A DNA stretch of 32,000 nt from Telmatocola sphagniphila (GCF_018398935.1 NZ_CP074694.1:4500001-4532000), one strand, 5' to 3'; numbered from the stretch's first letter, positions 1-8,678 are shown. Notes: generated by a model from the sequence alone, not told the origin. Numbers and translations are program-made.

Positions 1-2
1 TG

Positions 3-128
3 GGCCGGGAGGTCGTGGTCGCCATCACGAAGGGAAAACTCGACTTTGGGCCGTGGGAGCAGATTTTCTACGGCGAGTTCGACGGCCACCGCCCGAAGCG
101 GGTGCTGGTGAAGGTCATCGGGGAGTGA
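3..128 (+). CDS. YjbQ/UPF0047 family protein (secondary thiamine-phosphate synthase-like); C-terminal end only, 5' part lies outside the window
   Basis: Frame 3 is open from the window edge and reads [41 protein letters not shown], which matches the conserved YjbQ-family C-terminus. Stop TGA is at 126-128. Confidence 0.7.
   Translation, partial: GREVVVAITKGKLDFGPWEQIFYGEFDGHRPKRVLVKVIGE
75..88 (+). repeat. 14-bp core GAGTTCGACGGCCA, copy A (inside the yjbQ 3' end); identical copy at 3464-3477
   Basis: Exact 14-nt identity with 3464-3477. The roughly 40 nt downstream of each copy are homologous but diverged. No clear homology exists upstream of the second copy. Confidence 0.6.
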
Positions 129-131
129 TTC

Positions 132-461
132 ATGAATCGAGATAGCGTTTTGGCTTGGCTGTCGTCGATGACGGACAAGCAATTTGTCGACTTCTTCTAC
201 GAGGCTGCGTCCAATCGGGACACATCCGAAATTGATGGTGAGCGTGGCCACTTTGTCTTGGCGAATACAAGCAAGGTGCCGGGTGAAGAACGAGACACGG
301 TTTTTCTCGCAATGCCCAATCCTATTAACGATTCAGATGGATGGTCAAAGGACTGCCCGATTTGCCAGACAGGTCAATGTACCGAGTGCGGATCGTTGGT
401 CAGAAGTATCGCAAAACATGCAATTTGTCCGGTTTGTGAAGCAAAGGTCTATTGCACATGA
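132..461 (+). CDS. Hypothetical protein with C-terminal Cys-rich zinc-ribbon-like region
   Basis: ATG lies 4 nt after the yjbQ stop. The 109-aa ORF ends with CPICQTGQCTECGSLVRSIAKHAICPVCEAKVYC (three CxxC pairs). No family recognised. Confidence 0.45.
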   Translation: MNRDSVLAWLSSMTDKQFVDFFYEAASNRDTSEIDGERGHFVLANTSKVPGEERDTVFLAMPNPINDSDGWSKDCPICQTGQCTECGSLVRSIAKHAICPVCEAKVYCT

Positions 462-714
462 CATTGTAGAATTTGGATCAATCGAAGGCGGAAAAGGACC
501 GCAGCAATTTGACGATCTGCTGCGGGTGCCGCTACGATTTATGGGGGAGTAGAAGGTTAAGTCTAAGCCCCTTTAGGATGAGTACGGACTTCCTTATCAA
601 TTCGTTTGGGAGATCGTGATCTTTTCAAGAATTCGGGAATCATGATTGGGCCGATTTGGCTTCGGAATCAATCGAACGAGGGAATTTCTGATCTTCAAGC
701 GCAGACAATATAAA

Positions 715-747
715 TGTCCTGTATTGATTATTACAGGAAAAGGACAT
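715..747. promoter_or_regulatory. Nested imperfect palindrome, possible operator upstream of the DUF4160-like gene
   Basis: ATGTCCTGTA-ttgattat-TACAGGaaaAGGACAT. The inner arms TCCTGTA/TACAGGA are a perfect 7-bp inverted repeat, and the outer arms ATGTCCT/AGGACAT are also complementary. It sits in a 370-bp non-coding gap. Confidence 0.25.
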
Positions 748-833
748 AATTTTGAATGACAGGAGTGATAGGGAGGCTAGGAAGGAACGATGTATCAGCT
801 TGATGGTCGCTACCAATGGCCTAGTCCTTACTG

Positions 834-1106
834 TTGACAGCGGCCCTCAAAAGTGCCCGTTGGAAGGTGAAGATCCGGGACAAGGAAAATCGCGAGCCGC
901 CGCACTTCACCATTATTCGAGGCACAAAATCCTGGCGTATCGATTTGCGTACGGCGGAATTCATGGACGATTCTCCCGATCCTTCGGAAATTCCCAAAGA
1001 GTTGATCGAACTAATCCGGGATGAGGCGAACTGGCAGGAACTTTGCGATGTGTGGGACAAGATGTACCCGCATAATCCCGTTTCTGATGATGAGAATGCA
1101 GACTAA
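834..1106 (+). CDS. DUF4160-like small protein
   Basis: The 90-aa ORF (TTG start, uncertain) contains WKVKIRDKENREPPHFTIIRGTKSWRIDL, which resembles the DUF4160 signature (W.i.i...E..PPHFH....). Before the IS insertion it was followed 4 nt later by the next gene. Confidence 0.5.
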   Translation: MTAALKSARWKVKIRDKENREPPHFTIIRGTKSWRIDLRTAEFMDDSPDPSEIPKELIELIRDEANWQELCDVWDKMYPHNPVSDDENAD

Positions 1107-1113
1107 AGCGATG
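1106..1113. repeat. Target-site duplication AAGCGATG (left copy) of IS66-family copy 1
   Basis: The identical 8-mer occurs at 2638-2645, directly abutting the two inverted-repeat ends of the element. Confidence 0.75.
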
Positions 1114-2637
1114 GTACCCCTTCACCCTCCTGAACTGAGCTTCACCGGTAGCGGTGGGAGCACTCCCGTGAGCATGTAGGTGTGGAGGGCCGATTCGGTT
1201 TCCTTTAAAGGATCTTGCTCTCGTAACTTCAGGGTGCGATAAATGCTCATCAGAATGCTTCGCGTCCGAGCCCCCTGCTGGCTGTAACTGCCGAAACTGA
1301 CTTTCCGCATCATCACGCCCGGTCGGATTTCTCGCTCCCCCTTATTGTTGCTCTTGGGCACTCCCTCTATTTCCAGAAACGTTAATAGATCGTCGCCGTA
1401 ATCGAACAAACGCTTGGCCAATCTCCGGGCGTGGCGGTTCGTCCACGGTCGCACCGCCAAATCGGTGATCCGCGTCTTAAGCCGCAGCAATCGGCTGTCG
1501 TAGCTCTCTGTTGCAACTCTTCGATACCCGCCTCCAAACGCACAGCATCGGCGTAAATCCGCCACAGTTTCTTGCAGAATTCTGGCCAATCCTCGCCGTT
1601 TTCAGAGCCTTCATCGACGGCCGTCAAATCCCGCAACAAGTGAGGCCAACACTTCTGACGCTTCTGGGTCACGATGTCGTACGCTTTCCAGAAGTCGCTG
1701 ACCAGAACGCCCTGGAAGGCTTCCGTGAAGAAGACCTTCAAGGCCTCGTGACCCCGCTGGGGGTGAATCCGATAATAGGTCGCATCGTCCCGCGCAAAAC
1801 ACCACAGCCAGGACGTCACTCCTTCGGTTCGCCAGCCGGTCTCATCGGCGTGCAGGACGCCGGCCAAAAGGCATTCGCGGTGAATCTGCTCGTACCAGGG
1901 TTCGAGTACCTCGGCCAGACGGTGCCAGATTTCGGTCAAGCCGCCCACGCTGAGTTTCATCTGAAGGTGGCCGTTGAAGACCTCCAGGATCTGACTCGTC
2001 GTGGTACCCAGTCCGTAGTGCAGCCAGGCCGACAGGACCGTAGTTCGATGGCCCAGCTGACAGCCTGGCAGAGCGTCGGGAACTACCGGCTCGACCTGTT
2101 TTTTACACTTGGGGCACCAGTCGCGATGAATCGTGTGTTCGGTCGTCTGAGCGTGCAAATCGTCGGGAATATCTTCGATGATCCTTAGGCGTTGGCGGTC
2201 GGTGCGTTGCAGAGCTCCCTGGCAGCAGGGACAGACCTCCAGTTGGTGGGTCTGGCGTTTATCGATGCGGGTGGGAATTGGGCGATAATGACCGTCGTGT
2301 CCAGGCTTGGGGCCGGCTTTTCCCTTCTTTTTCTTGGGATTCGCATTCGGCTTTAAGTAGGGAGCGATGGATCCCGAGGGCGTGTTTGGCCCCAGAGGTA
2401 TCGTGCCTGCAGCGACCGCGACGCTCAGTTGGAGTAACAGAAACTGCAATTCCAGGGGATCTCGATGAACGAATTCCCGAGCTTGTTCCGACGTCAGCTT
2501 TCCGCTTCGGAACGCTAAAAGGAAAGCGGGATCGAGAACGGGAGTTTCCGTCGAAGTTGGAATCGCAGAAGCCATGACGAAGTGATAGCAAATCGCAATC
2601 CCTCGCGCAAGACCAGTTCAACAGAGTGAAGGGATAC
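1114..2637 (-). mobile_element. IS66-family insertion sequence, single-ORF type, copy 1 (transposase frameshifted)
   Basis: Terminal inverted repeats are GTACCCCTTCACCCTCCTGAACTGAGC (left) and GTATCCCTTCACTCTGTTGAACTGGTC (reverse complement of the right end). It is flanked by the 8-bp direct repeat AAGCGATG. The core is nearly identical to the element at 24495-26019. Confidence 0.85.
1122..2575 (-). pseudogene. IS66-family transposase, inactivated by a 1-bp deletion
   Basis: ORFs 1382-2575 and 1122-1589 together match the intact 484-aa protein at 24503-25957. Copy 1 has GCTCTCTGTTG near 1503-1513 where copy 2 has GCTCTCCTGTTG, so one C is missing. IS66 TnpC-like motifs are present: CPCC..CPKC zinc finger, HADETGWR, VLVSDFWKAYD, CWPHLLRDL. 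Confidence 0.85.
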
Positions 2638-2645
2638 AAGCGATG
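2638..2645. repeat. Target-site duplication AAGCGATG (right copy) of IS66-family copy 1
   Basis: Identical to 1106-1113. It contains the ATG (2643) of the downstream gene. Confidence 0.75.
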
Positions 2646-3461
2646 AATATTAAAGTGAAGCCAGCTAAACGAACCATGATTTTGCTTGATCGTCGTCCGA
2701 AGCGTGCGGCCGCGTTTGCGGGCTTGCATCCTGAGGTTGTCTCGTCCGTGTCGGGACTGCTTGACTCCGTTACCCACTCGTCGAAGGATTCGATTTGGGT
2801 CAGCTACGAAAGTAATTTGACGGAGGCACTCATCAAACGCGCTTCTCCTACCCCAGCCTCGCTAGGGTTGGGATTGTTTCTCCATGAGATCGACCTGAAA
2901 ACAATTCCGGTGCTTTCTTCCCTGTTTCGTCGAATAGCATTCGCCGTTGATGGGAAATTCCTTCCCGCTGAAGAACTGGCGGAAGTCCTGGAAGCAGATA
3001 ATCGCGAGAACCTGCTGATCGGGGGTTTCGTAAATGAGGCTCAGCAAACCATCACTCTTTGGCGGGGGAACCTGCTATCGCTGACCGTGCCCTTCTCCGC
3101 TTTTGAGAACTCGGGAGACGGAACGAAGCCAGACTTCAAAGCCTTATCCGTGATTGATTGCGGTCAGACAGTGAAGCTTGGAAACTACGAAGCGGCGGTG
3201 GATTCCCTGCTTTACGAATACGACCCGCTCTATCGCCGAGAGATTTCGAAAAAGCGTTTGCAGGAAGATCGCTCGTTCGGGGCTTCTCTTCGTAGGCTCC
3301 GCAAGCAGCGAGGGCTTCGCCGGGAGGACTTCGAACCTGATGTGGCCGCGAAGACGGTCGCTCGAATCGAGCAGGGAAAGGTAACGCGCATCCAGAAAAC
3401 GACACTGGTATCTCTTGCCAAGCATCTCTCAGTCAAACCGGATGAGATAGCGAGCTACTGA
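2643..3461 (+). CDS. Hypothetical protein with DUF2442-like central region and C-terminal XRE-type helix-turn-helix
   Basis: 272-aa ORF. The C-terminus SLRRLRKQRGLRREDFEPDVAAKTVARIEQGKVTRIQKTTLVSLAKHLSVKPDEI is a typical XRE HTH. The preceding ITLWRGNLLSLTVPFSAF...VKLGNYEAAVDSLLYEYDP resembles DUF2442, the usual partner of DUF4160. Confidence 0.55.
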   Translation: MNIKVKPAKRTMILLDRRPKRAAAFAGLHPEVVSSVSGLLDSVTHSSKDSIWVSYESNLTEALIKRASPTPASLGLGLFLHEIDLKTIPVLSSLFRRIAFAVDGKFLPAEELAEVLEADNRENLLIGGFVNEAQQTITLWRGNLLSLTVPFSAFENSGDGTKPDFKALSVIDCGQTVKLGNYEAAVDSLLYEYDPLYRREISKKRLQEDRSFGASLRRLRKQRGLRREDFEPDVAAKTVARIEQGKVTRIQKTTLVSLAKHLSVKPDEIASY

Positions 3462-3463
3462 GT

Positions 3464-3517
3464 GAGTTCGACGGCCAGAGATCAAAGCGGATGCTGGTCA
3501 AGGTCATCGGCGAGTAG
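3464..3517 (+). pseudogene. Orphan remnant of a yjbQ 3' end (last 17 codons plus stop)
   Basis: Translates to EFDGQRSKRMLVKVIGE*, compared with [17 protein letters not shown] at 75-128. Nucleotide identity is about 80% by eye, with a 14-nt perfect core at its start. No upstream yjbQ body is present. Confidence 0.7.
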
Positions 3518-3545
3518 CCGACAATTCGACAAGGTGAGCAAATCC

Positions 3546-3911
3546 ATGAACGATCCCGTTTTCACGACTGTGCTGTCGAAATTGAGATCGTGGAGGTCGG
3601 AAGTCATTCTTCAAGATCTTGGCGATCCCGAAAAACAGCAAGATGGTCTCCAACTGAAACTTGAACTCGATGAGGCGATAAGTTGGTTGGAACTTTGTCA
3701 AAAGTATGACATTCACCCAAGTTCAAAGGTACTCGTTCTTCCTGTGCCGTTGACGGTGACTCCCTCTTCGGAATACCGGCTGATCGAAGACAACGAAACA
3801 GATGACCGTGAGAAGTGGATCGAAGCCAAGGTGAACGGCCAGTTCATTCGACCGCTTCCCGGTTCGCTCATTGTCGAAAACTCTTACCGCCGAAGGACCA
3901 CAGCAACTTGA
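3546..3911 (+). CDS. Hypothetical protein
   Basis: ORF 3462-3911. The upstream part of that ORF is the yjbQ remnant read out of frame, so the first plausible start is ATG 3546 (MNDPVFTTVL...). No family recognised. Confidence 0.35.
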   Translation: MNDPVFTTVLSKLRSWRSEVILQDLGDPEKQQDGLQLKLELDEAISWLELCQKYDIHPSSKVLVLPVPLTVTPSSEYRLIEDNETDDREKWIEAKVNGQFIRPLPGSLIVENSYRRRTTAT

Positions 3912-3938
3912 TGATCTGCGCTTAATGTCGCCACCCTC

Positions 3939-4607
3939 TCACTTCACCAAGGAATCTTCTTGGATGGTCGTACGATGACCGTTCTTCCAGTACTGATCCA
4001 CTTGTCCGGGTAGCAGGTAAAGCACCGGCGCCGCGCCACACAGGATAAGACTCGTTATCGGCGATACGCTAGCCAGCAAGGATGCGACAAGATAGACCGC
4101 TGGCCCCATCAGTATGCGTCGACCGGCGCTTGTAATGAATCGCGCGTCAATGTCCTGATCGTATAACTGCCCTCGTCCGGCTGCGTACCGCAACTGCCCA
4201 AATAGAACGACTCCTGCAAGAATCAGGTTACCGCAATAGACGCGAATCGCTGTCGGTTGCTGGGGATACTCGCCGATCAATGCCGCTGAAAACGGGATAG
4301 CTGATATCACCAGAAAGAAAGCAATATTCAGCCACATGAAAGTGCGGTCGGATCGACGAACATAGTGCAGAAGGGCATGGTGGCCGACCCAATAGACGCC
4401 GCAGATCAAAAAGCTGATTACAAAGGAAGCCATCTTGGGCCAAAGTTGCAGAAGGCGATTAGGAAGCTGATCGATCTGATCGGGCAACAAGGCCGGAACT
4501 TTAACATCGAGAATCAGCAAGGTCATCGCGATGGCGAATATTCCATCGGCCAGGGCTTCGACCCGTCCTTTGCCGATGCCGGCGCTACTCATTTTCGGTG
4601 GATTCAT
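3939..4607 (-). CDS. TMEM175/DUF1211-family membrane protein (putative K+ channel)
   Basis: GKGRVEALADGIFAIAMTLLILDVKVP matches the TM1 signature R.E.(F/L)sDGvfAIa.TLL of the family. Multiple hydrophobic helices follow. The start is chosen at the internal ATG (MNPPKMSSAG); the ORF extends to 4667. Confidence 0.7.
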   Translation of the reverse strand: MNPPKMSSAGIGKGRVEALADGIFAIAMTLLILDVKVPALLPDQIDQLPNRLLQLWPKMASFVISFLICGVYWVGHHALLHYVRRSDRTFMWLNIAFFLVISAIPFSAALIGEYPQQPTAIRVYCGNLILAGVVLFGQLRYAAGRGQLYDQDIDARFITSAGRRILMGPAVYLVASLLASVSPITSLILCGAAPVLYLLPGQVDQYWKNGHRTTIQEDSLVK

Positions 4608-4749
4608 TGTCTCTATTCTATTAGTGACGCCGATTATCCGCACTTTCAACGACTGGACAAGCTCCAAACGAGTTCTAATCTAGATGATAAAATTTAGTTT
4701 ATTATAGAGTTTGAAGCATACCTTTCGATTTAAAAAATAGGAATTTGCC

Positions 4750-5100
4750 ATGGGACTCTTTCGCCTTATTAGTTCTCTTTTCGGTCGAGCCGATCACAAG
4801 ATGTCCGTCCGAACATGGGATGATCCTCTCGATATTGCGGTGACGACCGTAGCCGAGGTCGCCTCGGGGAAGAATCCCGTATTAGTGGTAATCCGAGATG
4901 AAGGAGTGGGAGGCGGACTCGGTGGATGGCAAATGTACGATGGACTGAACCTGTCTGGCCGGTCGCCTGTTTGTGTGGCCAAGCCGGACTTGATCGCTCT
5001 CGACCCAACACTCTCAGAGATTACGGACTTGCCGGTAGGATGGGAGGCGCACCGCACAGCCCCGGGACAACCTTGGCAAAGGCTTCAATCCAACGCTTAA
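4750..5100 (+). CDS. Hypothetical protein (possibly DUF2185-like)
   Basis: 116-aa ORF followed by a strong terminator. PVLVVIRDEGVGGGLGGWQMYDG...DLPVGWEAHR loosely resembles DUF2185 from memory; this is weak. Confidence 0.4.
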   Translation: MGLFRLISSLFGRADHKMSVRTWDDPLDIAVTTVAEVASGKNPVLVVIRDEGVGGGLGGWQMYDGLNLSGRSPVCVAKPDLIALDPTLSEITDLPVGWEAHRTAPGQPWQRLQSNA

Positions 5101-5114
5101 GCTTTTCAAGTCAA

Positions 5115-5176
5115 AACGCCCAACTCCAGCTTGGCCGAACCTCTCGAATCTGGAGTTGGGCGTTGACGTTTTTGTT
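5115..5176 (+). terminator. Rho-independent terminator
   Basis: Perfect 15-bp stem AACGCCCAACTCCAG (5115-5129) / CTGGAGTTGGGCGTT (5150-5164), followed by GACGTTTTTGTT. Confidence 0.65.
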
Positions 5177-5431
5177 GTGCACCTGAAACGTCACCGGTTC
5201 ACATTGCAAAAGTACCCGAGACAGACCGACTCGGGTGGCTAAGGCCCAGCGCCCACATTTTTCCTGTTCTCTAAAGCTTCATCCGGCTTTTGTAGACGAT
5301 TCGCGCGTGTAAGCCTAAAAAACTACAAACTATAGAAGTCTGATTCAGTTCTACACCCGCCAAGCCTGGTCGAGCTTCTATTTTGCACCATCGGCTCTCA
5401 TTTCACCACTCGTTTTAAGGAAAATTTTGCT

Positions 5432-7119
5432 ATGCTTGCAAAAGCCAAATTGCAGGCCGCGGCGTTCATCGGCTTTGGGATGATGCTCGGCTATGCCACG
5501 GCGACGGGAAATCTGAATCCAATTTCCTGGGCTAAGGGAAATCCTCCCGAGGTTACTCAAACTGCCAATTCGGGTACGGACCCGAAGGCCAGCACTCTGG
5601 TCGCGTTGGCCAACCACAACGAACGAGTAAGCCTACAAGCGGAAAAAACCGGTAAGAAGCCCAAAACATTCTGATTCTCTGGGGTGATGACATCGGTGGC
5701 TTCAACGTCAGCGCCTACAACATGGGCATGATGGGTTACAAGACACCCAACATCGACAGCATCGCCAAAGCGGGCGCTCTCTTTACCGACTGGTACGGCC
5801 AACAAAGCTGCACGGCCGGTCGAGCCGCTTTCATCACCGGTCAATCGCCGATTCGCTCGGGACTCACTAAAGTCGGTCTTCCCGGCGCTCCCGAAGGCAT
5901 GAAAAAGGAAGATCCGACGATCGCAGGACTCCTCAAGCCCCTGGGCTATGTCACCGGCCAATTCGGGAAAAATCACCTGGGCGACCGGGACGAAATGCTG
6001 CCCACCAACCACGGTTTCGATGAATTCTTCGGCAATCTCTATCACCTCAATGCCGAAGAAGAACCCGAAAATCCCGATTATCCCAAGTCGGCCGAATTCA
6101 AAAAACGCTTTGGTCCTCGCGGCGTGATCCACAGTTTTGCCGGCGGCAAGATTGAAGATACCGGACCATTGACCAAGAAGCGTATGGAAACCGTCGATGT
6201 GGAGGTCACCAATGCGGCCATGGGTTTCATGGAGAAGGCCGTCAAAGCAGACAAGCCATTCTTTGTATGGTGGAACAGCACCCGAATGCACATTTTCACG
6301 CACTTGAAACCCGCCTCGGAAGGCAAGACTGGTTACGGGATCTACGCCGACGGCATGGTCGAGCATGATGGCATGGTGGGGCAATTGCTGGCCAAGCTGA
6401 AAGAACTCGGAATCGAAGACAACACTATCGTGATGTACTCGACCGATAACGGGGCCGAGACCTTCACCTGGCCCGATGGTGGGACGACCATGTTCCGCGG
6501 TGAAAAAAATACGAACTGGGAAGGCGGCTACCGAGTGCCCTGCGCCATTCGCTGGCCGGGGGTGATCAAACCGGGAACCGTGATCAATCACATCGGTGCA
6601 CACGAAGATATGATGACAACTCTACTCGCGGCCGCCGGGGATACCACTGCGAAAGAAGATCTTCTCAAAGGCAAAAAAGTTGGGGAGATGAACTATAAGG
6701 TCCATCTCGACGGCTACAACCTGCTCACCGCTCTGAAGGGGGAAGCCGAATGGCCCCGTAAAGAGTTCATCTATTGGACTGACGACGGTAGCGTGGCCGC
6801 GCTTCGTTATAACGACTGGAAAATCACCTTCCTGAAGCAGAATGGTCATGGTCTGGAAGTTTGGCAGAAGCCCTTCGAAGAGCTGCGAGCTCCCTTGCTG
6901 ACGAATCTGCGAATGGATCCCTTCGAACGCGCCGAACCCGAACACGCCATCGGTTTTCAGCGCTGGTATCTCGAACATATGTTTGCCATGGCTCCCGCAG
7001 CGGGTTATGTGGGCAAATGGTTGCAAAGCTTCCGAGAGTTTCCGCCGCGTCAGAAACCGGGCAGTTTTAACCTTGATCGCGTCATGGAAGCCGTCACCAA
7101 AGGGGCGGGCGATAAATAA
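5432..7119 (+). pseudogene. Cys-type arylsulfatase, split by a frameshift at an A4 run (5663-5666)
   Basis: ORF 5432-5674 encodes a signal-peptide-like N-terminus ending ...KTGKKPKTF*. The next frame continues NILILWGDDIGGFNVSAYNMGMMGYKTPNIDSIAKAGALFTDWYGQQSCTAGRAAFITGQSP, the canonical sulfatase N-terminal metal-binding DD and the C-x-A-x-R formylglycine motif. The annotated ATG at 5722 would lack both the DD residues and an export signal. Confidence 0.8.
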
Positions 7120-7153
7120 CAGTTAGCTGTTTAGAGATGTGATAATTCCCGAA

Positions 7154-7192
7154 GGGTTCGACCACGTTGTGGTTGAGCCCTTTTTCTTTTTT
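7154..7192 (+). terminator. Rho-independent terminator after the sulfatase
   Basis: Stem GGGTTCGACCAC / GTGGTTGAGCCC (two G-U pairs), loop GTT, followed by TTTTTCTTTTTT. Confidence 0.5.
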
Positions 7193-7220
7193 CCATCGAT
7201 TGAAATTGCCGCGATGAATT

Positions 7221-8678
7221 TTAGAAATCGATGGCGAAGCGAATACCTAACGCCTGCATCGAACCGTTGACCGACGTGCGATCGTCCAACTGGGTATAAA
7301 CGTAGTTGAACATCATTCTGGCGTTGGCATTCCAGTACCAATTGACACCGGCAGTCCAGGAAGCCATGGAACCCCAGCCGGGATAATTTCGACCCGAGTC
7401 CAGGCGATCGTAGCGAGCGGCCAATTCCCAGGCCCCGAGTCCCGAACCCGCTCCGGTATCCTCGCGTAACGGTCTTAATGGTGAAACAGGTTTGACTCGG
7501 CCAAGTCCGCCTGCGATTTTGTCCGCCGGATGATGATCGGGAGTTAGAAAATATAACGCCTCAACATAGAATCCCTGACCGTAAAGGTTGCCCAAGGCGA
7601 GCGAATTGACTGTGCCGGGTAAACCGTTCTGGTAGGCATTCGGAAGATAGGAGCCGAGATATTCCGAACCCAGTGCGAATCGCCCCCAGGCGGCGAAGCC
7701 TCCGACACCGAAGGCCTGGTTGCTCGATTCCGAAAACAGATTTCCCGTATTTACCAAAAAGGGCGTTTGAAAAGAGGAACCGCTGCGGATGAGAGGTCGG
7801 GCATAGACCGAGGCTTGATCGTTGATTTGGCCGCCGGCGGAATATCCCCCGCCGAGATATAACCAGTATTGTTCTTCCTCGTTGTAGATCGGAAACCCGT
7901 GCAACCGGCCCAGTACCGCTACTTTCCCATCCGAGGAAACGGAGAACACACTCGTTCGGCTTCCGGGCTTGGCGACATCGACGTACAGGGTCAGGCGATC
8001 ATCCCACCAGGAATTTCCGTAGCTGATCCCCGTCAAATAAATGAAGTTGTCGTTCAAGGCATCGTAGGCGGCGGAATTCTCCATGAAGGGAATATTCTTA
8101 CTGCTGGTGGCCGCCTCGAAAGTTAATGGATTCTTCTGGTGTCCGAAGCGGATGCGACCGGGAAAGAATAAATCGGTGGAACCGATCCAGTTATCAGTGA
8201 AGAAGACGTTAGGTTGCGGATTATTCGGCGATTTTTGAAGATCCGTGGACTGGGCAAGATCGGCCTTGAAGGCAAACTCGATGGAGTTCCAAAGCGTTCC
8301 TTCGAGTTCGATCACAGCGCGTCTGAGACTGACCCCGGATTGCAACGGATAATTTAAGTCTTGATTGAGTTGAGAAGGCGCGGAGTACCAGGTCGAATCC
8401 AGGTTTACGCTGCCCCCGAGTCGAATCTTGGAGGAGCCATCGGAAGTGCTTTGAACGAATCCTTCCGTTGAAAAAGACGAAAAAATGTTCTTCCAGTATT
8501 CCGATTTTTCATCGTCCGTTTTCTTCTGCTCGGCAACCTGTTTTTCCAGAATGGACAGGCGTTGCTTCAGATCTTCGACTTCCGCCGTCGAAGTAGCCCG
8601 TGCGGGCGTTTCAAAAGAGGGTGGGTCTTCCACGGGTGTAGCGCATTGCAGCAGTATTGCACTCAGCAGTGACCACAT
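7221..8678 (-). CDS. Outer-membrane porin, OprO/OprP (phosphate-selective porin O/P)-like
   Basis: 485 aa with a short signal-like N-terminus and the coiled-coil VEDLKQRLSILEKQVAEQKK typical of this family. A long alternating beta-strand-like, aromatic/Gly-rich sequence follows, ending in the C-terminal ...RFAIDF (terminal Phe). Confidence 0.55.
   Translation of the reverse strand: MWSLLSAILLQCATPVEDPPSFETPARATSTAEVEDLKQRLSILEKQVAEQKKTDDEKSEYWKNIFSSFSTEGFVQSTSDGSSKIRLGGSVNLDSTWYSAPSQLNQDLNYPLQSGVSLRRAVIELEGTLWNSIEFAFKADLAQSTDLQKSPNNPQPNVFFTDNWIGSTDLFFPGRIRFGHQKNPLTFEAATSSKNIPFMENSAAYDALNDNFIYLTGISYGNSWWDDRLTLYVDVAKPGSRTSVFSVSSDGKVAVLGRLHGFPIYNEEEQYWLYLGGGYSAGGQINDQASVYARPLIRSGSSFQTPFLVNTGNLFSESSNQAFGVGGFAAWGRFALGSEYLGSYLPNAYQNGLPGTVNSLALGNLYGQGFYVEALYFLTPDHHPADKIAGGLGRVKPVSPLRPLREDTGAGSGLGAWELAARYDRLDSGRNYPGWGSMASWTAGVNWYWNANARMMFNYVYTQLDDRTSVNGSMQALGIRFAIDF

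Noticed and set aside
2259-2777. 172-aa minus-strand ORF crossing the right end of IS66 copy 1
   Set aside because: It overlaps the start of the HTH gene in antisense and the IS transposase N-terminus in another frame. Its IS-internal part recurs verbatim at copy 2. No family resemblance was seen.
5655-5680. Programmed -1 ribosomal frameshift in the sulfatase at CCC AAA A
   Set aside because: The required shift is -1, but in the zero frame the codons are CCC-AAA. Slipping back would re-pair tRNA-Lys on CAA, so this is not an X XXY YYZ heptamer in the right register. No obvious downstream stimulatory structure was noticed. A 1-nt homopolymer deletion or sequencing error is simpler.
5557-6603. 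348-aa ORF antisense to the sulfatase
   Set aside because: The plus strand carries unmistakable sulfatase motifs. The antisense translation is low-complexity (Gly/Ala/Val/Arg-rich) and typical of a GC-biased shadow ORF. The same reasoning applies to 6622-7026, 12039-12962, 13635-14032 and 30125-30937.
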